A stretch of 64,000 nucleotides of DNA from a virus (taxonomy: Duplodnaviria > Caudoviricetes). Below the pieces are notes generated by a model that was given only the letters and a program-made list of their open reading frames with translations, was not told the origin of the DNA and did not search any database. Both the position numbers and the translations under genes were made by a program. Positions 47,195-56,976 of the stretch are shown piece after piece; positions within the stretch are counted from its first letter, which is position 1; each line of letters starts with the position of its first letter. The stretch is taken from IMG/VR virus record IMGVR_UViG_2883843030_000002, positions 16,370 to 80,369 of that record. One strand, written 5' to 3'.

Positions 47195-47259
47195 ACACTC
47201 AAAGTTACTTACATTTGTTTGGTGGTATTAAGTTGATTGACATTACTAACTGCACGTTT

Positions 47260-48621
47260 CTATTCAGTGCTGTACGACTTTACATTCATCTTCGCTCCAT
47301 TTGTCGGCTTAGTCCGGCGGAAGAACATATTCATCATAAGAGCGTCCATATAGTCAGGCGAGCGTCCGATGATGATTTTCATTGTTTCCTTAGGGATAAT
47401 GCCCTTGCGACGAACATCATTGTCTATGTATGCCTGCTTGAGCGCTCCCAGCTCTTCCATCAACCTTTCTCTCTGATCCGGATTGCATATCACTCGGATT
47501 TTGCGCTCGTTGATAAGCTCAGCAAGTTTGAAATAGCACTCTGCTCGCAGGTTCTCGTACTTCTCACGATTGTTCGGGCTTCCGCCACCATGGAATTCTT
47601 TGATGCCAGGCAAGAAGCTCTCGAGATAGCTGCCTACGCCGTCTGCATCGACTATGGTGTAGGAGCGAGGAACTTTCTCTTGCTTCAGTACGTCGCGCAG
47701 GGTTTCGTAGACCTGCTTGCCGGGAGAATAAACCTCATCAACTACAATGCGGCATACATTCCCTTCCCAAACCGTTACGATGAATCGGTCGTGTCCTTTT
47801 AATGCAATGTCGGCCGAGCAGGACCGAGCAGGTTTCGGAAGAACATGCTCATTCGTAAAAAGGTCATTGATGGCATCGAAATCACACAGCGTCGCCGGGT
47901 CATCATCATACTCGAAGTTCCCAAAGTACAAGCGTTGAACTGTAACCTTATCTGCTTTGAGCAAGTTGTCGATGTAAGCCTGATCTACGTGAGGATTATC
48001 AAGAGGCAGAGACTTTATGAAACGGCGGTGGGGCGCAAGTGTACCCATCTTGGCTGGTTTCACAAAGTCCGTATAAATCCAATTGCGGCGAGGGTTACAA
48101 GTGTATAGTGCTTTCGGCATTGTGCGCCACTTCGTACCATCGGGATTCTTGCCATTCAGCACGGAGAAGCGACCTTTGAGTACGGAAATGGCTTTAGCGC
48201 ATATCTGCTGAGCCTCGTCGATGAAACAATCAGTAATACCATAAGAACCGAGGCGGTCATACTCTGGGTCCGATGGCATCAATTTCAAGTCACGAAAGTA
48301 GATGACACTCCCGTTGGAGAAATTTGCTATCAATCGCGTTGAGTTAAATTCCACCACTGAGTTCAGGTGTAAATCGGTCAAAACCTCAAAAAACGTAACG
48401 ACAGTCGTATCACGCAGCTTCACACTCTCTTCTCGACAGATGAAGCCTACCGATCCGGCCATCGTTATTCTACGCAGTATTTGCCATAGGCAACCGAGGT
48501 AGGTCTTACCGCCACGCGCTCCACCACCATACAAGACTTCGGACACCTCACTATCATCCGGAGATAGATAGTCAAGTGCCTGCGCTTGCTTGCTGAAAAC
48601 GTGGACATCTACCGAACTCAT
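47260..48621 (-). CDS. terL: Terminase large subunit
   Basis: YGGGARGGKT Walker A, FIDEAQ Walker B, TCNP, nuclease ADIA...SPDYMDAL. Confidence 0.93.
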   Translation of the reverse strand: MSSVDVHVFSKQAQALDYLSPDDSEVSEVLYGGGARGGKTYLGCLWQILRRITMAGSVGFICREESVKLRDTTVVTFFEVLTDLHLNSVVEFNSTRLIANFSNGSVIYFRDLKLMPSDPEYDRLGSYGITDCFIDEAQQICAKAISVLKGRFSVLNGKNPDGTKWRTMPKALYTCNPRRNWIYTDFVKPAKMGTLAPHRRFIKSLPLDNPHVDQAYIDNLLKADKVTVQRLYFGNFEYDDDPATLCDFDAINDLFTNEHVLPKPARSCSADIALKGHDRFIVTVWEGNVCRIVVDEVYSPGKQVYETLRDVLKQEKVPRSYTIVDADGVGSYLESFLPGIKEFHGGGSPNNREKYENLRAECYFKLAELINERKIRVICNPDQRERLMEELGALKQAYIDNDVRRKGIIPKETMKIIIGRSPDYMDALMMNMFFRRTKPTNGAKMNVKSYSTE

Positions 48622-48695
48622 TTACTGCTGGAAATTTGACAATATGCACCTACTTCATGGATACTGTAAAATTTGTAAATACTCGATGATAGACA

Positions 48696-48932
48696 TCATG
48701 CCTTTACTCCAGCGTCAATCTCGGGCTTTTTACCCTGATAAGTGAACTTCGCTTTCGGCACAAGAGTGAGCTCAAGAGCCTCAAGAATAATGTCAAGATT
48801 CTCGTTGCTGATGGCGCGATTGCCAACGAGGAACGACGAAATCGAGCTGGGGTTGATCTTGGTTTTCTCGGACAGTTCCTTCACAGAAATACCGCACTCA
48901 TTCATCTTGCCTTTAATCTTCTCTCTGAACAT
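48696..48932 (-). CDS. XRE family HTH regulator
   Basis: Likely start MFREKIK; ISVKELSEKTKINPSSISSFLVG. Confidence 0.75.
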   Translation of the reverse strand: MFREKIKGKMNECGISVKELSEKTKINPSSISSFLVGNRAISNENLDIILEALELTLVPKAKFTYQGKKPEIDAGVKA

Positions 48933-49152
48933 TGTCTGCAGGTTTAGAGGGTTTATATACAATATCAGTGCTGCCGAGGGTAAGGCCCAGCACCATACAT
49001 ATCTTTTCAAGCACATCGAATGGAATCGTGCGCTTCCCCCGGAGGTAGGCAGAAAGGTTTTGCGTTTTAATGCCAACCTTCTCGCTTAGCTCGGTTTGTT
49101 TAACATCGAGTTCCTTCATGCGAAGGAAGATTTTGTCTTTTACTGTAGTCAT
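48913..49152 (-). CDS. XRE family HTH regulator
   Basis: VKQTELSEKVGIKTQNLSAYLRGKR. Confidence 0.8.
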   Translation of the reverse strand: MTTVKDKIFLRMKELDVKQTELSEKVGIKTQNLSAYLRGKRTIPFDVLEKICMVLGLTLGSTDIVYKPSKPADNVQRED

Positions 49153-49155
49153 ATT

Positions 49156-50829
49156 TCAGATTTTATGTTTTCTCTTGTAATGCTTGAGGGTGGCATCGAC
49201 AATGCTTTCCTCTATGTCGTTGACAGCACCGGTTACTACACTTGAGTCTTCGCGCTCCTTTTGAATAATCTCCAGGATTCTCTCGTCAATGGTATTGCGG
49301 GCGAGAAGATAGTAGCAGTTTACAGCGTTCTTTTGTCCGTTGCGGTGTGCTCTACATTCTGCCTGCTCACAATCCGAGGCAGTCCACGGAAATTCTATGA
49401 ACAATATCCTTGATGCTGCCGTCAGCGTTATACCTACTCCGCCAGACTTGTAGTTAAGAGCAATCAACTTGCAGTCTGGATTGTTCTGGAACTTGTCGAT
49501 GGCCTCCTGCTTCTTTTCCTGCGAGTCAGAGCCTGTCACTGATACACAGCCGGGGAACGAATCCATTATCTCCTTCATCACTGATTTATGGAAAGCGAAA
49601 ACTATAAGTTTGTCGCCACCGTCGATAACATCGTGAATGAATTGCTTCGCCTCGTTCATCTTGCCTTTGGCAGATATTTGGCGTAGATGGTTAATCTGCA
49701 CCATTGCTGTAGCCCTGGCGGCACTTTTGAGTTTAGCGTCCGAAGCAGATTCATATTCGATGAGATAGCGGATAAGATCATTCTCGGCAAATTCATATTC
49801 TTTACGATTAGCGATGTCGACAGTGAGATATTGGCGGGTTTTCTCCGGAAGGTCTTTCAAAGCGATAGCCTTATCTCTGCGGAAGTAGCAAGATTCCCAT
49901 AGACGGTAGTGTAACTCATAAAGATTGGATGATTTGTCGGGGCCTTGACAATAGCGTTCCCGGAATCTTGCGACTCCGCCGAAGTCATCGATACGACGCA
50001 TAATCTTCAACTGCTGTATGAAATCTTCGTTGCTCGTTACCAAGGGGGTGCCAGTCAATAACCAGATGTACTCCTTGTTGGCGCATATAGCCTCAATATA
50101 TATGGACCATAGCGCAGTATCATTGCAACAGCGATGAGATTCGTCTATGATTACAGACTTGAACATGGCGGCTCTCTTGTCGAGGACGATATTCTTAACA
50201 GTAGTCCGGCCCCTGACGCGACTCACGAAATATTTCTTCACACTTTCGTAGTTTGTGATGAATATATTGCAAGTGCCGGTTTCCATGTGGCGGTGCCAAG
50301 AATCTCTGTTCTCATTTGAGAGAATCATAGCCTGCTTGCCGATAAATCGCTGGAATTCTCTCTGCCACGTTACTTTCATTGTTGCTGGCGCAATTACGAG
50401 GCAGGGATAGGCTCTGGCTATGGATACGGCCGCAATGGATTGGAACGTCTTGCCGAGACCCATATCGTCACCGTTGAAGCATCGTTTGTGTTCAACCATA
50501 TACTGAATACCCTTGCGTTGGTAGTCGTAGGGCTGGAGTTTCAAGTGGGTAATCGGGTACTGTAAATCCGGCATTTTGTCGGGGTAGCCCAGTACCTCCA
50601 CTCTGTCACCTACTTCACAGACAGCAGACGCCAGACGCCGTTTCACAGCATAGTCGCAGAACTCGCGGACAAACAGCCTGTCGTGTAGTCCTACACGCCA
50701 ACAACGGTCGCGAATGATGAAACGGGCTGATGGTATCTTTTGGATATAGTATGCCAAAGCAGGGCTATTATAAAAATACAATTCATAATAGCCCTCTTCA
50801 CGTTTCTCTATGAGGTAGATTTCATTCAC
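49156..50829 (-). CDS. SNF2-family (HARP-like) helicase/ATPase
   Basis: DDMGLGKT, IIDESH, LTGTP, GVGITLT, QAECRAHRNGQ. Confidence 0.92.
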   Translation of the reverse strand: MNEIYLIEKREEGYYELYFYNSPALAYYIQKIPSARFIIRDRCWRVGLHDRLFVREFCDYAVKRRLASAVCEVGDRVEVLGYPDKMPDLQYPITHLKLQPYDYQRKGIQYMVEHKRCFNGDDMGLGKTFQSIAAVSIARAYPCLVIAPATMKVTWQREFQRFIGKQAMILSNENRDSWHRHMETGTCNIFITNYESVKKYFVSRVRGRTTVKNIVLDKRAAMFKSVIIDESHRCCNDTALWSIYIEAICANKEYIWLLTGTPLVTSNEDFIQQLKIMRRIDDFGGVARFRERYCQGPDKSSNLYELHYRLWESCYFRRDKAIALKDLPEKTRQYLTVDIANRKEYEFAENDLIRYLIEYESASDAKLKSAARATAMVQINHLRQISAKGKMNEAKQFIHDVIDGGDKLIVFAFHKSVMKEIMDSFPGCVSVTGSDSQEKKQEAIDKFQNNPDCKLIALNYKSGGVGITLTAASRILFIEFPWTASDCEQAECRAHRNGQKNAVNCYYLLARNTIDERILEIIQKEREDSSVVTGAVNDIEESIVDATLKHYKRKHKI

Positions 50830-51220
50830 GCTTTACGTCAGGATCTCTTACAATGTTGATGACAGTTGGTAACGGATTCTCAAGATTTACGTTGACTGAT
50901 TCGCCAAAGCCTTCGTCGCGGCCGAGTGTCGACAGCAGGTATCGCAACATTTGGCCGTCCGGTTTCTCTTTCCAACCAAGTATATGGCCGGTGGCCGGAT
51001 CGATATGCGGAACGCCGAGTGCCACAATCCTGGCAGCGTCGAGGCATTGGTCAAACAGTTTCTTTCGAGAATCTTGTACCGCACTTTTGAAGGCGGTGTC
51101 TTCCCTTATCCAGTTGTGGACCGTCTGCCGGGTGACTCCGAGAATACCGGCGGTTTGCGATAGATTGCCGCCAGTCTTTCGGATTGCGTCTTCAAATTCG
51201 TCAAGAGTCGGTTTTCTCAT
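50822..51220 (-). CDS. Putative terminase small subunit (Fis-like HTH)
   Basis: GGNLSQTAGILGVTRQTVHNW; MLRYLLSTLGRDEGFGE; upstream of terL. Confidence 0.65.
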   Translation of the reverse strand: MRKPTLDEFEDAIRKTGGNLSQTAGILGVTRQTVHNWIREDTAFKSAVQDSRKKLFDQCLDAARIVALGVPHIDPATGHILGWKEKPDGQMLRYLLSTLGRDEGFGESVNVNLENPLPTVINIVRDPDVKRE

Positions 51221-51231
51221 AACGGATTGGT

Positions 51232-51702
51232 TTATTTATCGAATAGTCCTAATTGTTCTTGCGTTGGCGTTTGCGGAACTGTGGGGAGCGATGCCAGCAT
51301 ATTCGCGAACTGCCAATTCCTGCAAGTGTTGAAAAGGCGGTTGCGAGATTGAGGCAATCTCCAATTGATGTAGTTGGTGTCAATGTGGATTAGCCGGGCG
51401 TTCAGAATTTTAATATTGACGAACTCGTTGTCAATTACTATTTCCTGACCTACACTGCGGACAAAGGGGATGTGGAGATTTTTGTTCCAATTAAAGTCCT
51501 TGTCAACGCCGCAGAGGTAGTAAAACCGGCTCTCTTCAAGCTCCATGTTCGGAGGTAAAGAGTTTATGTATCCTCGGACACGTTTGTCATTGTGCCCGAG
51601 AAGACATTTCATGCAGTGGGTATTGAGGTCAACTCCGTAGACGTACCGCAACCAAAGGATTTTATACGTGTTGCGGAAATGAGCGTATTCAATTTCGACC
51701 AT
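51232..51702 (-). CDS. Cys/His-rich protein with C-terminal QLGLF clamp-binding-like motif
   Basis: LWLRYVYG..L..HCMKC, YLCGV, NLH, TCR; ends EQLGLFDK. Confidence 0.75.
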   Translation of the reverse strand: MVEIEYAHFRNTYKILWLRYVYGVDLNTHCMKCLLGHNDKRVRGYINSLPPNMELEESRFYYLCGVDKDFNWNKNLHIPFVRSVGQEIVIDNEFVNIKILNARLIHIDTNYINWRLPQSRNRLFNTCRNWQFANMLASLPTVPQTPTQEQLGLFDK

Positions 51703-51719
51703 TTTATTTTGATTAAATT

Positions 51720-51797
51720 ATCTTATTTGCAATTACAAATATACTGAAATTTAATGAATTACGCAAATTTCAGCACTGGAATTTAATCCAATCTGCA
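51720..51797 (-). promoter_or_regulatory. Degenerate promoter/operator cassette copy 4
   Basis: TATATTTG -7 element; boxes at 51720, 51754 (degenerate), 51786. Confidence 0.65.
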
Positions 51798-51809
51798 AGA
51801 AAAATTCTA

Positions 51810-53189
51810 TCAGTCGGCAAGTCCAAAGAGCGGAAGAATATCGCCCTGGCGGTTGTATGACTGGTCGTTTGGAAGATTGAGGTTGAACTCGTAGTTGATG
51901 GCGGCGATATACTCCTCGCGTGTAAGCTCACGCACCTTGTGGGCACCCCATCCCCAGTAACCCGATTTGTTGTACTGCATGAATGGCTCAAAGCCGAAAC
52001 GACCGAACATTGCCTGTACCTGCTCTTTCGTAAGGAACTTTTGGAAAAACCATTGGCCTTCCTGCATGAAAGCTGTCAGGCCATTCTCGTCGAAGAATTG
52101 CACTGTAGTGGTCGAGTCGACGGTGTTGCGCTTTGCCTTATACTGTTTCTCGGCTACTTCCTTTGATCGGCCAGACACAAATACCTTGCCGCCCATCTTC
52201 GTGAAAAGGTTGAGACAAATTAATACCGCATCCTCTGCGAACTGAGTGTTTACGGAATTGAGTACCGCATCACAAATAGTGTAGTCGAACACGCCACCGT
52301 CGTGAATTCCGTTCTCTTTGATGTAGGCAATGAAAGCGTCGATCATTTCGTGGCCCTTTGCGATGGAAATTCCTTTCAGGTTATGGTTGAAGAACTCGAG
52401 CCCTATTGCATAACGATATCCCAACTCGCGACGGAGCTTGTTGATGAACATTGCCTTGCCACAGCCGAAGTCGAGAATCTTGACCTGACGACGATCTTCT
52501 TTCTCCAGATGAGGCACCACCTCTCGATAGAGCACCGACCAATCTATGCCCTTATGGCGAGGGGGTTGGGCTCGGCCTTGCATGAAGTCTGCACGTTCAA
52601 TGTGCTCGTAGTTGAATACACCGTAGTCCTTCTTGAAGTAGTAGTCGAAGATTCCTTTCTTCGCCGGGTCCAGGAAGTAGCAATGAACGGGATAGCCTAT
52701 AGTGTCAGCAGCCTTGATATAATTATTGCCAAACACTACTTCGTTGCCACATACGATAGCGCAGAGAGCGTCGCCGTGCTTAACGATGAGGCGGCAAATG
52801 TCTTTCACGATAGATGGATTGCAGTCGGCAATCTTGAAGTCGCTTGCCGGCACGTCGTCGTGGAATGTTCCCCAATCTCTTGGAGCCAGGCACTCGCTGT
52901 TCTTTTCGGGTTCCAGTTCAACGCCGTTGTGAATCTGGTTGAAGAGGATTTCAGATTCGATGTCTACGCCGCTGATGAAGTATGCCGGGGCCTCCTCGAT
53001 TCCTACAGCTGTTGCTGCTTTGGTACGCTGATGGCCGGCGACGATTGTCATGTTATCGCGGTTGACGATTATAGGAAGAATGAACCCCAAAGTTTTTAGA
53101 CTGCCTTTGAGTTCGACGAACGCTTCTTCCGTAATCTTTCGGGGGTTGTAAGACGCGGGCTTTATGTCCGCAAATTTAACTCGTTCCAT
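51810..53189 (-). CDS. ParB/Srx-like domain fused to a class I SAM-dependent methyltransferase
   Basis: PASYNPR, AGHQR; ILDFGCGK and DAVLNSV; likely start MERVKF. Confidence 0.85.
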   Translation of the reverse strand: MERVKFADIKPASYNPRKITEEAFVELKGSLKTLGFILPIIVNRDNMTIVAGHQRTKAATAVGIEEAPAYFISGVDIESEILFNQIHNGVELEPEKNSECLAPRDWGTFHDDVPASDFKIADCNPSIVKDICRLIVKHGDALCAIVCGNEVVFGNNYIKAADTIGYPVHCYFLDPAKKGIFDYYFKKDYGVFNYEHIERADFMQGRAQPPRHKGIDWSVLYREVVPHLEKEDRRQVKILDFGCGKAMFINKLRRELGYRYAIGLEFFNHNLKGISIAKGHEMIDAFIAYIKENGIHDGGVFDYTICDAVLNSVNTQFAEDAVLICLNLFTKMGGKVFVSGRSKEVAEKQYKAKRNTVDSTTTVQFFDENGLTAFMQEGQWFFQKFLTKEQVQAMFGRFGFEPFMQYNKSGYWGWGAHKVRELTREEYIAAINYEFNLNLPNDQSYNRQGDILPLFGLAD

Positions 53190-53208
53190 AATTAGTTGAT
53201 GATGGGAT

Positions 53209-53931
53209 TTATTGAGGCATTTCAAACACAGTGTCGTCGTTATCCGAATCGTTGGCATCATCTACGCCCGAGCTTTCAAGCAGACTTTTGACAAAGCCGA
53301 AGTTGACGCCCGTTTCGTCTACATAATCGTTGTAACGGTTAACGAGAGTATCGTATTCTTCCTTCGTCACTGACACGACATTTTTGCCGAACGTAAGCAT
53401 ATTGATTTTCTTCGGAGTAGAGCCCTTGATTTTAGTCATCACGGTATCGTCGTCATCAGGATTGTAGAACAGCCCTTCGTCGAAACCAAAGTTGACGAGA
53501 TTGATTTCATCATATATCTGCTGGAGCTTTTCGTAGTTGAATTCGCCAAATTCATTATTATCCTTGATGATGAGCTCTTTTTCTTCCTCTTCGGTGAGGT
53601 CAGCTACCGTAACATCGATAATGGGGTTCTCAACCCAAACTTTCCAGTATTCGATGATGGCGTCGCGCTGCTTCTCGGTCATTTCCTGCCACTTCTCGTT
53701 CTCCTGAAGAATTACCATCCAGTCCATCGGAGTGGATGTGAGTATTTCTTTTAGTATGGTTGTACGCTGGTTGCCGGCAAGCACTACATTTTCTTTGTTG
53801 ACGATGATGTCGCGATAGGTGAGCATTTTTGGGAAAAGCATTATGCTCTGCTGGAGTCGGCGCTTCTGACCGAGTACAATCCTACGGGGATTGATAGGAT
53901 TTATCGAAAGTTCTTTGATGTCCTTTTTCAT
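53209..53931 (-). CDS. ParB/Srx-like domain protein
   Basis: NPINPR, FPKML, AGNQR, IIKDN; start MKKDIK. Confidence 0.8.
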   Translation of the reverse strand: MKKDIKELSINPINPRRIVLGQKRRLQQSIMLFPKMLTYRDIIVNKENVVLAGNQRTTILKEILTSTPMDWMVILQENEKWQEMTEKQRDAIIEYWKVWVENPIIDVTVADLTEEEEKELIIKDNNEFGEFNYEKLQQIYDEINLVNFGFDEGLFYNPDDDDTVMTKIKGSTPKKINMLTFGKNVVSVTKEEYDTLVNRYNDYVDETGVNFGFVKSLLESSGVDDANDSDNDDTVFEMPQ

Positions 53932-54599
53932 TTGCCAAGAAGTAATGAGGTTAAAAATCCGTCGCTGATGCCGTCGTGCTCTTCGAGATACTTCTCGAGG
54001 CGGGCGCACAGCCCTTTGAACTCTTGGTCGGTCATCTGGCACTCTACATAGCCGCACTTGAATTTCTCCGGATATGTCTTTGTAAGATCGAGATTCTTGT
54101 CGTTGATTTTATCGTCGTAATCGTAGAGATTCCACGCAACGGAGCCAAGATAATCGCCTATTGCCTCGCGCTCGAAATGTCGTTTCATAATCTCGATATC
54201 ATCCTCTCCATAGTGTAGATTGTCTTTAACGAGAATTTCCTTCTCTTCCTCGGTCGACACATCGTCTAGGATTCTTACGAAGGTTACCGGCTTTTTCTTC
54301 CATTTGGCCCAAAACGCAAGAAGACCGGTCTTTTCCTCTTCGGACGCCATACGGAATTTTTTCTGATTGAACATGTAGTCCTCGATTTCGTTGTCATCGA
54401 GGGCGAGTATCTTGTTAAGACACTCAACTCGGCCATTACCGCCGACAATCACATCGTCCTTGTTGATAAGGATGGGGCGGAGCTCGAGCATCTTGGGGAA
54501 AACCAAGATACTTTCAATCAGCTTACCTTCCATAAATTCACTCATGGTGCGAGGATTGTCTGGATTGGCTTTTAATTTGCGTATGTCTTTTTTATTCAT
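53928..54599 (-). CDS. ParB/Srx-like domain protein (paralog of neighbour)
   Basis: NPDNPR, FPKML, GGNGR, LVKDN. Confidence 0.8.
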   Translation of the reverse strand: MNKKDIRKLKANPDNPRTMSEFMEGKLIESILVFPKMLELRPILINKDDVIVGGNGRVECLNKILALDDNEIEDYMFNQKKFRMASEEEKTGLLAFWAKWKKKPVTFVRILDDVSTEEEKEILVKDNLHYGEDDIEIMKRHFEREAIGDYLGSVAWNLYDYDDKINDKNLDLTKTYPEKFKCGYVECQMTDQEFKGLCARLEKYLEEHDGISDGFLTSLLLGK

Positions 54600-54624
54600 T
54601 GTAAAATTGATTATTTCTAAAGTG

Positions 54625-54632
54625 CAAAGATA
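54625..54632 (-). promoter_or_regulatory. -7 promoter element for the ParB/MTase module
   Basis: TATCTTTG(CA) about 25 nt upstream of the ATG. Confidence 0.55.
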
Positions 54633-54842
54633 ATCAAAAACTGCGAAAAATACAATGTAATTGATGAAAAATAATCAATATGATTGTATCAAGCGGGCTG
54701 TTGTCGCCGATGTGCATATTTTCACCCTCAAATGGTTGATTATGTGAGTAATTTTTACTAACTTTGCAGTATTGATATTTAATTTGAGTCCCGGCACAGC
54801 CTTTTCGGGCTGCGCCTATTTGTGGATTTTTGATTAGATATC

Positions 54843-55079
54843 TTATTTGCATTTAGGCGAGTTTGCCCGTGAGGGTCGACTCGCTTTTTTTCTGAAAGCT
54901 TCGCTCCCCCAAATGTAGGGATTGGCTCTGCCGTCCATTGAATACTTGCCGCATTTCTTGGCGAGATCAGTAGTACCGCCAGCACATCGAGCGTCAGATT
55001 CCATATACTCCTTCCGAATAATGCAAATGGCTTCGTGTTCACAGAAACCGCAGGCTACATAGTCAATTTCGCCAATCAT
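54843..55079 (-). CDS. Small Cys-containing hypothetical protein
   Basis: 78 aa; 4-nt overlap. Confidence 0.5.
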   Translation of the reverse strand: MIGEIDYVACGFCEHEAICIIRKEYMESDARCAGGTTDLAKKCGKYSMDGRANPYIWGSEAFRKKASRPSRANSPKCK

Positions 55080-55447
55080 AGGTCATCAATGATATTGTGC
55101 CACAGATACGGTAGCCATACTTTCGTGAGCTTTATCCACAGCGAACATTTAACGGATTTGGCATAGAAGAATGTTCGCGCATATGGACCTCTTCGGATAC
55201 AAACGTTATTGAAGTGTTTATATCCGAGTTCTTCCATAAGTTTTACACTTTCTGGCGCTACTACTATTGATGGAATGGTTTTATTATGACCACAACAACT
55301 AGCGGTGGTCTTTACACCTCGGCTAAGTAAGTGTATTACCTCATCTGCTATGCAGGCATCCACCCAAATGGGATGTAGGAGGCTACAATGGTCTATTTGA
55401 ATTTGGTTGTCGAATGATCCCAATTCGACATTCTTACAGTTGCACAT
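55076..55447 (-). CDS. Phage protein with VDACI...G..T..SCCGH motif
   Basis: Recurrent phage motif. Confidence 0.65.
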   Translation of the reverse strand: MCNCKNVELGSFDNQIQIDHCSLLHPIWVDACIADEVIHLLSRGVKTTASCCGHNKTIPSIVVAPESVKLMEELGYKHFNNVCIRRGPYARTFFYAKSVKCSLWIKLTKVWLPYLWHNIIDDL

Positions 55448-55637
55448 ATTTGGTTTTTTGTTAAAAGTCGATTTCCCGCCGCATACTTTACACGACCTTC
55501 CGGGGCCATAGGTAACTCGTACTAAAATTGCACTGGCGAGGACTTATGTGATAGATCCATGCTCCGATGTTGTAGGGCAATCTCTACCGGTGGATTGCAT
55601 GCGACTGATTTTTAGCGGGTGTGTCGACGATGGTTAT

Positions 55638-56054
55638 TTAATTCATTTTGGGCGTGAGCATGGAGATTGCCTTGTCATCGCCATATTCCCATAATCCTAA
55701 GCTACCCTTTATGTTCATAATTGGCTCCTTAAATAGAATCGGTCTTGCCAACACCCAGTTATATACTCCTTCCTCAGCCCATTCTGACGGATGGTTCCGA
55801 ACGCAGTCAACGATTTCGACACTTCCGATTATTGCACCACACAACATATCTCCCATAGAGTATTCTTTGATATCTATGCTGTTTTTAAGGGCCGGCAAAG
55901 GATAATTCTCTAAATGCCTTTGAGTGCATGCCAACTTTGAAGCGTGTATGAGAACTCGGCCTCGGTAGTTCGTCTTCCACGTTCTATTCTCAATATTCTT
56001 TTTACCGATTGCTATTAAATCGGCCCATGGTTGTTTTATAGTCAGGGCTTTCAT
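55638..56054 (-). CDS. ASCH domain protein
   Basis: KALTIKQPWA..I..GKKNIENRTW.T.YRG..LIHAS. Confidence 0.88.
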   Translation of the reverse strand: MKALTIKQPWADLIAIGKKNIENRTWKTNYRGRVLIHASKLACTQRHLENYPLPALKNSIDIKEYSMGDMLCGAIIGSVEIVDCVRNHPSEWAEEGVYNWVLARPILFKEPIMNIKGSLGLWEYGDDKAISMLTPKMN

Positions 56055-56263
56055 TTTTCTGCGGTTTTAGGATAGAGTTTCTCCTGATCCGCCAACATCT
56101 TTTTATGAAACTTAATATGAGCGGCCGGCAATTTTACCACGGGTTCATGTGCTTCAGAGATAGGCTTTGATGCTGAGCAGCCACCGAGAATCAATCCCAG
56201 CAGAGCGACGGCAACGCCATACCCGCCGGAGCGTCCTAATTGATAGGCGATATTTTCTTTCAT
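56051..56263 (-). CDS. Small putative lipoprotein
   Basis: Hydrophobic stretch ending LGGC. Confidence 0.45.
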   Translation of the reverse strand: MKENIAYQLGRSGGYGVAVALLGLILGGCSASKPISEAHEPVVKLPAAHIKFHKKMLADQEKLYPKTAEK

Positions 56264-56264
56264 T

Positions 56265-56498
56265 TTAAAATAGTTTTAATTGTCTTGGTTTTTGGGGGGT
56301 CTTTGCATATATAGGGCAAATGGAAGCATAACGACATTCTCCTTGAGCTGCATCAATGTGTGCTTCATGCCATTCAGCCCAATCGGTCACGCGTTTTTCG
56401 GTGAGAAATTCAATCAGTTTCATGCAGTTAAAACCTCGCTCTTTGACTTTCTTTGAGGTCGTAACCTCAAACAGTCCGTTACTTTCCGGCTGTGCCAT
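56265..56498 (-). CDS. Small protein ending in QLKLF
   Basis: 77 aa; C.YA..CPIY. Confidence 0.55.
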   Translation of the reverse strand: MAQPESNGLFEVTTSKKVKERGFNCMKLIEFLTEKRVTDWAEWHEAHIDAAQGECRYASICPIYAKTPQKPRQLKLF

Positions 56499-56970
56499 TT
56501 TTCTTGTGATAGTTAAAGATTTGGCCCTTAATACCTTCTCTGCGCATAATAGAGCATAGTATTGAAATACTTCCTAATGCGGCAGACTCCTGGTAGGCGG
56601 CTGTCCTTACAAGCCTAATCATCTTGCCATTTTCAACTGCTTCTGCCAGTCCCCAATCAGCCGGCAACTCTTCTTCTTTTATGATGCCCTGAAGTGCGTA
56701 ATACCATCTAAAATTTCCAATTCCATCGATAGGATTCTGACGACAGTGTTTGGCTGCATCACACAAGAAATCGGCGCGGGAAGTCTTGACTTCTACTATT
56801 GCAGTTCCAGCTCCGTTTGTAGCCCATACATCGGGAATCTCTTTACCATATGTCATAAGTTCAATAGCCACGTACTTGAACGGGTGCCAGCCTTCGAAGC
56901 TGCCTTTATGGAGTATTCGAGCTGCTTCCTCACACATTGTACGGTGGAGAGAGTTTTTGGATTTGCTCAT
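56479..56970 (-). CDS. MmcB-like PD-(D/E)xK nuclease
   Basis: EIPDVW...VEVKTSRADFLCD..K...EELPADWGL. Confidence 0.7.
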   Translation of the reverse strand: MSKSKNSLHRTMCEEAARILHKGSFEGWHPFKYVAIELMTYGKEIPDVWATNGAGTAIVEVKTSRADFLCDAAKHCRQNPIDGIGNFRWYYALQGIIKEEELPADWGLAEAVENGKMIRLVRTAAYQESAALGSISILCSIMRREGIKGQIFNYHKKNGTAGK

Positions 56971-56976
56971 TATTCT

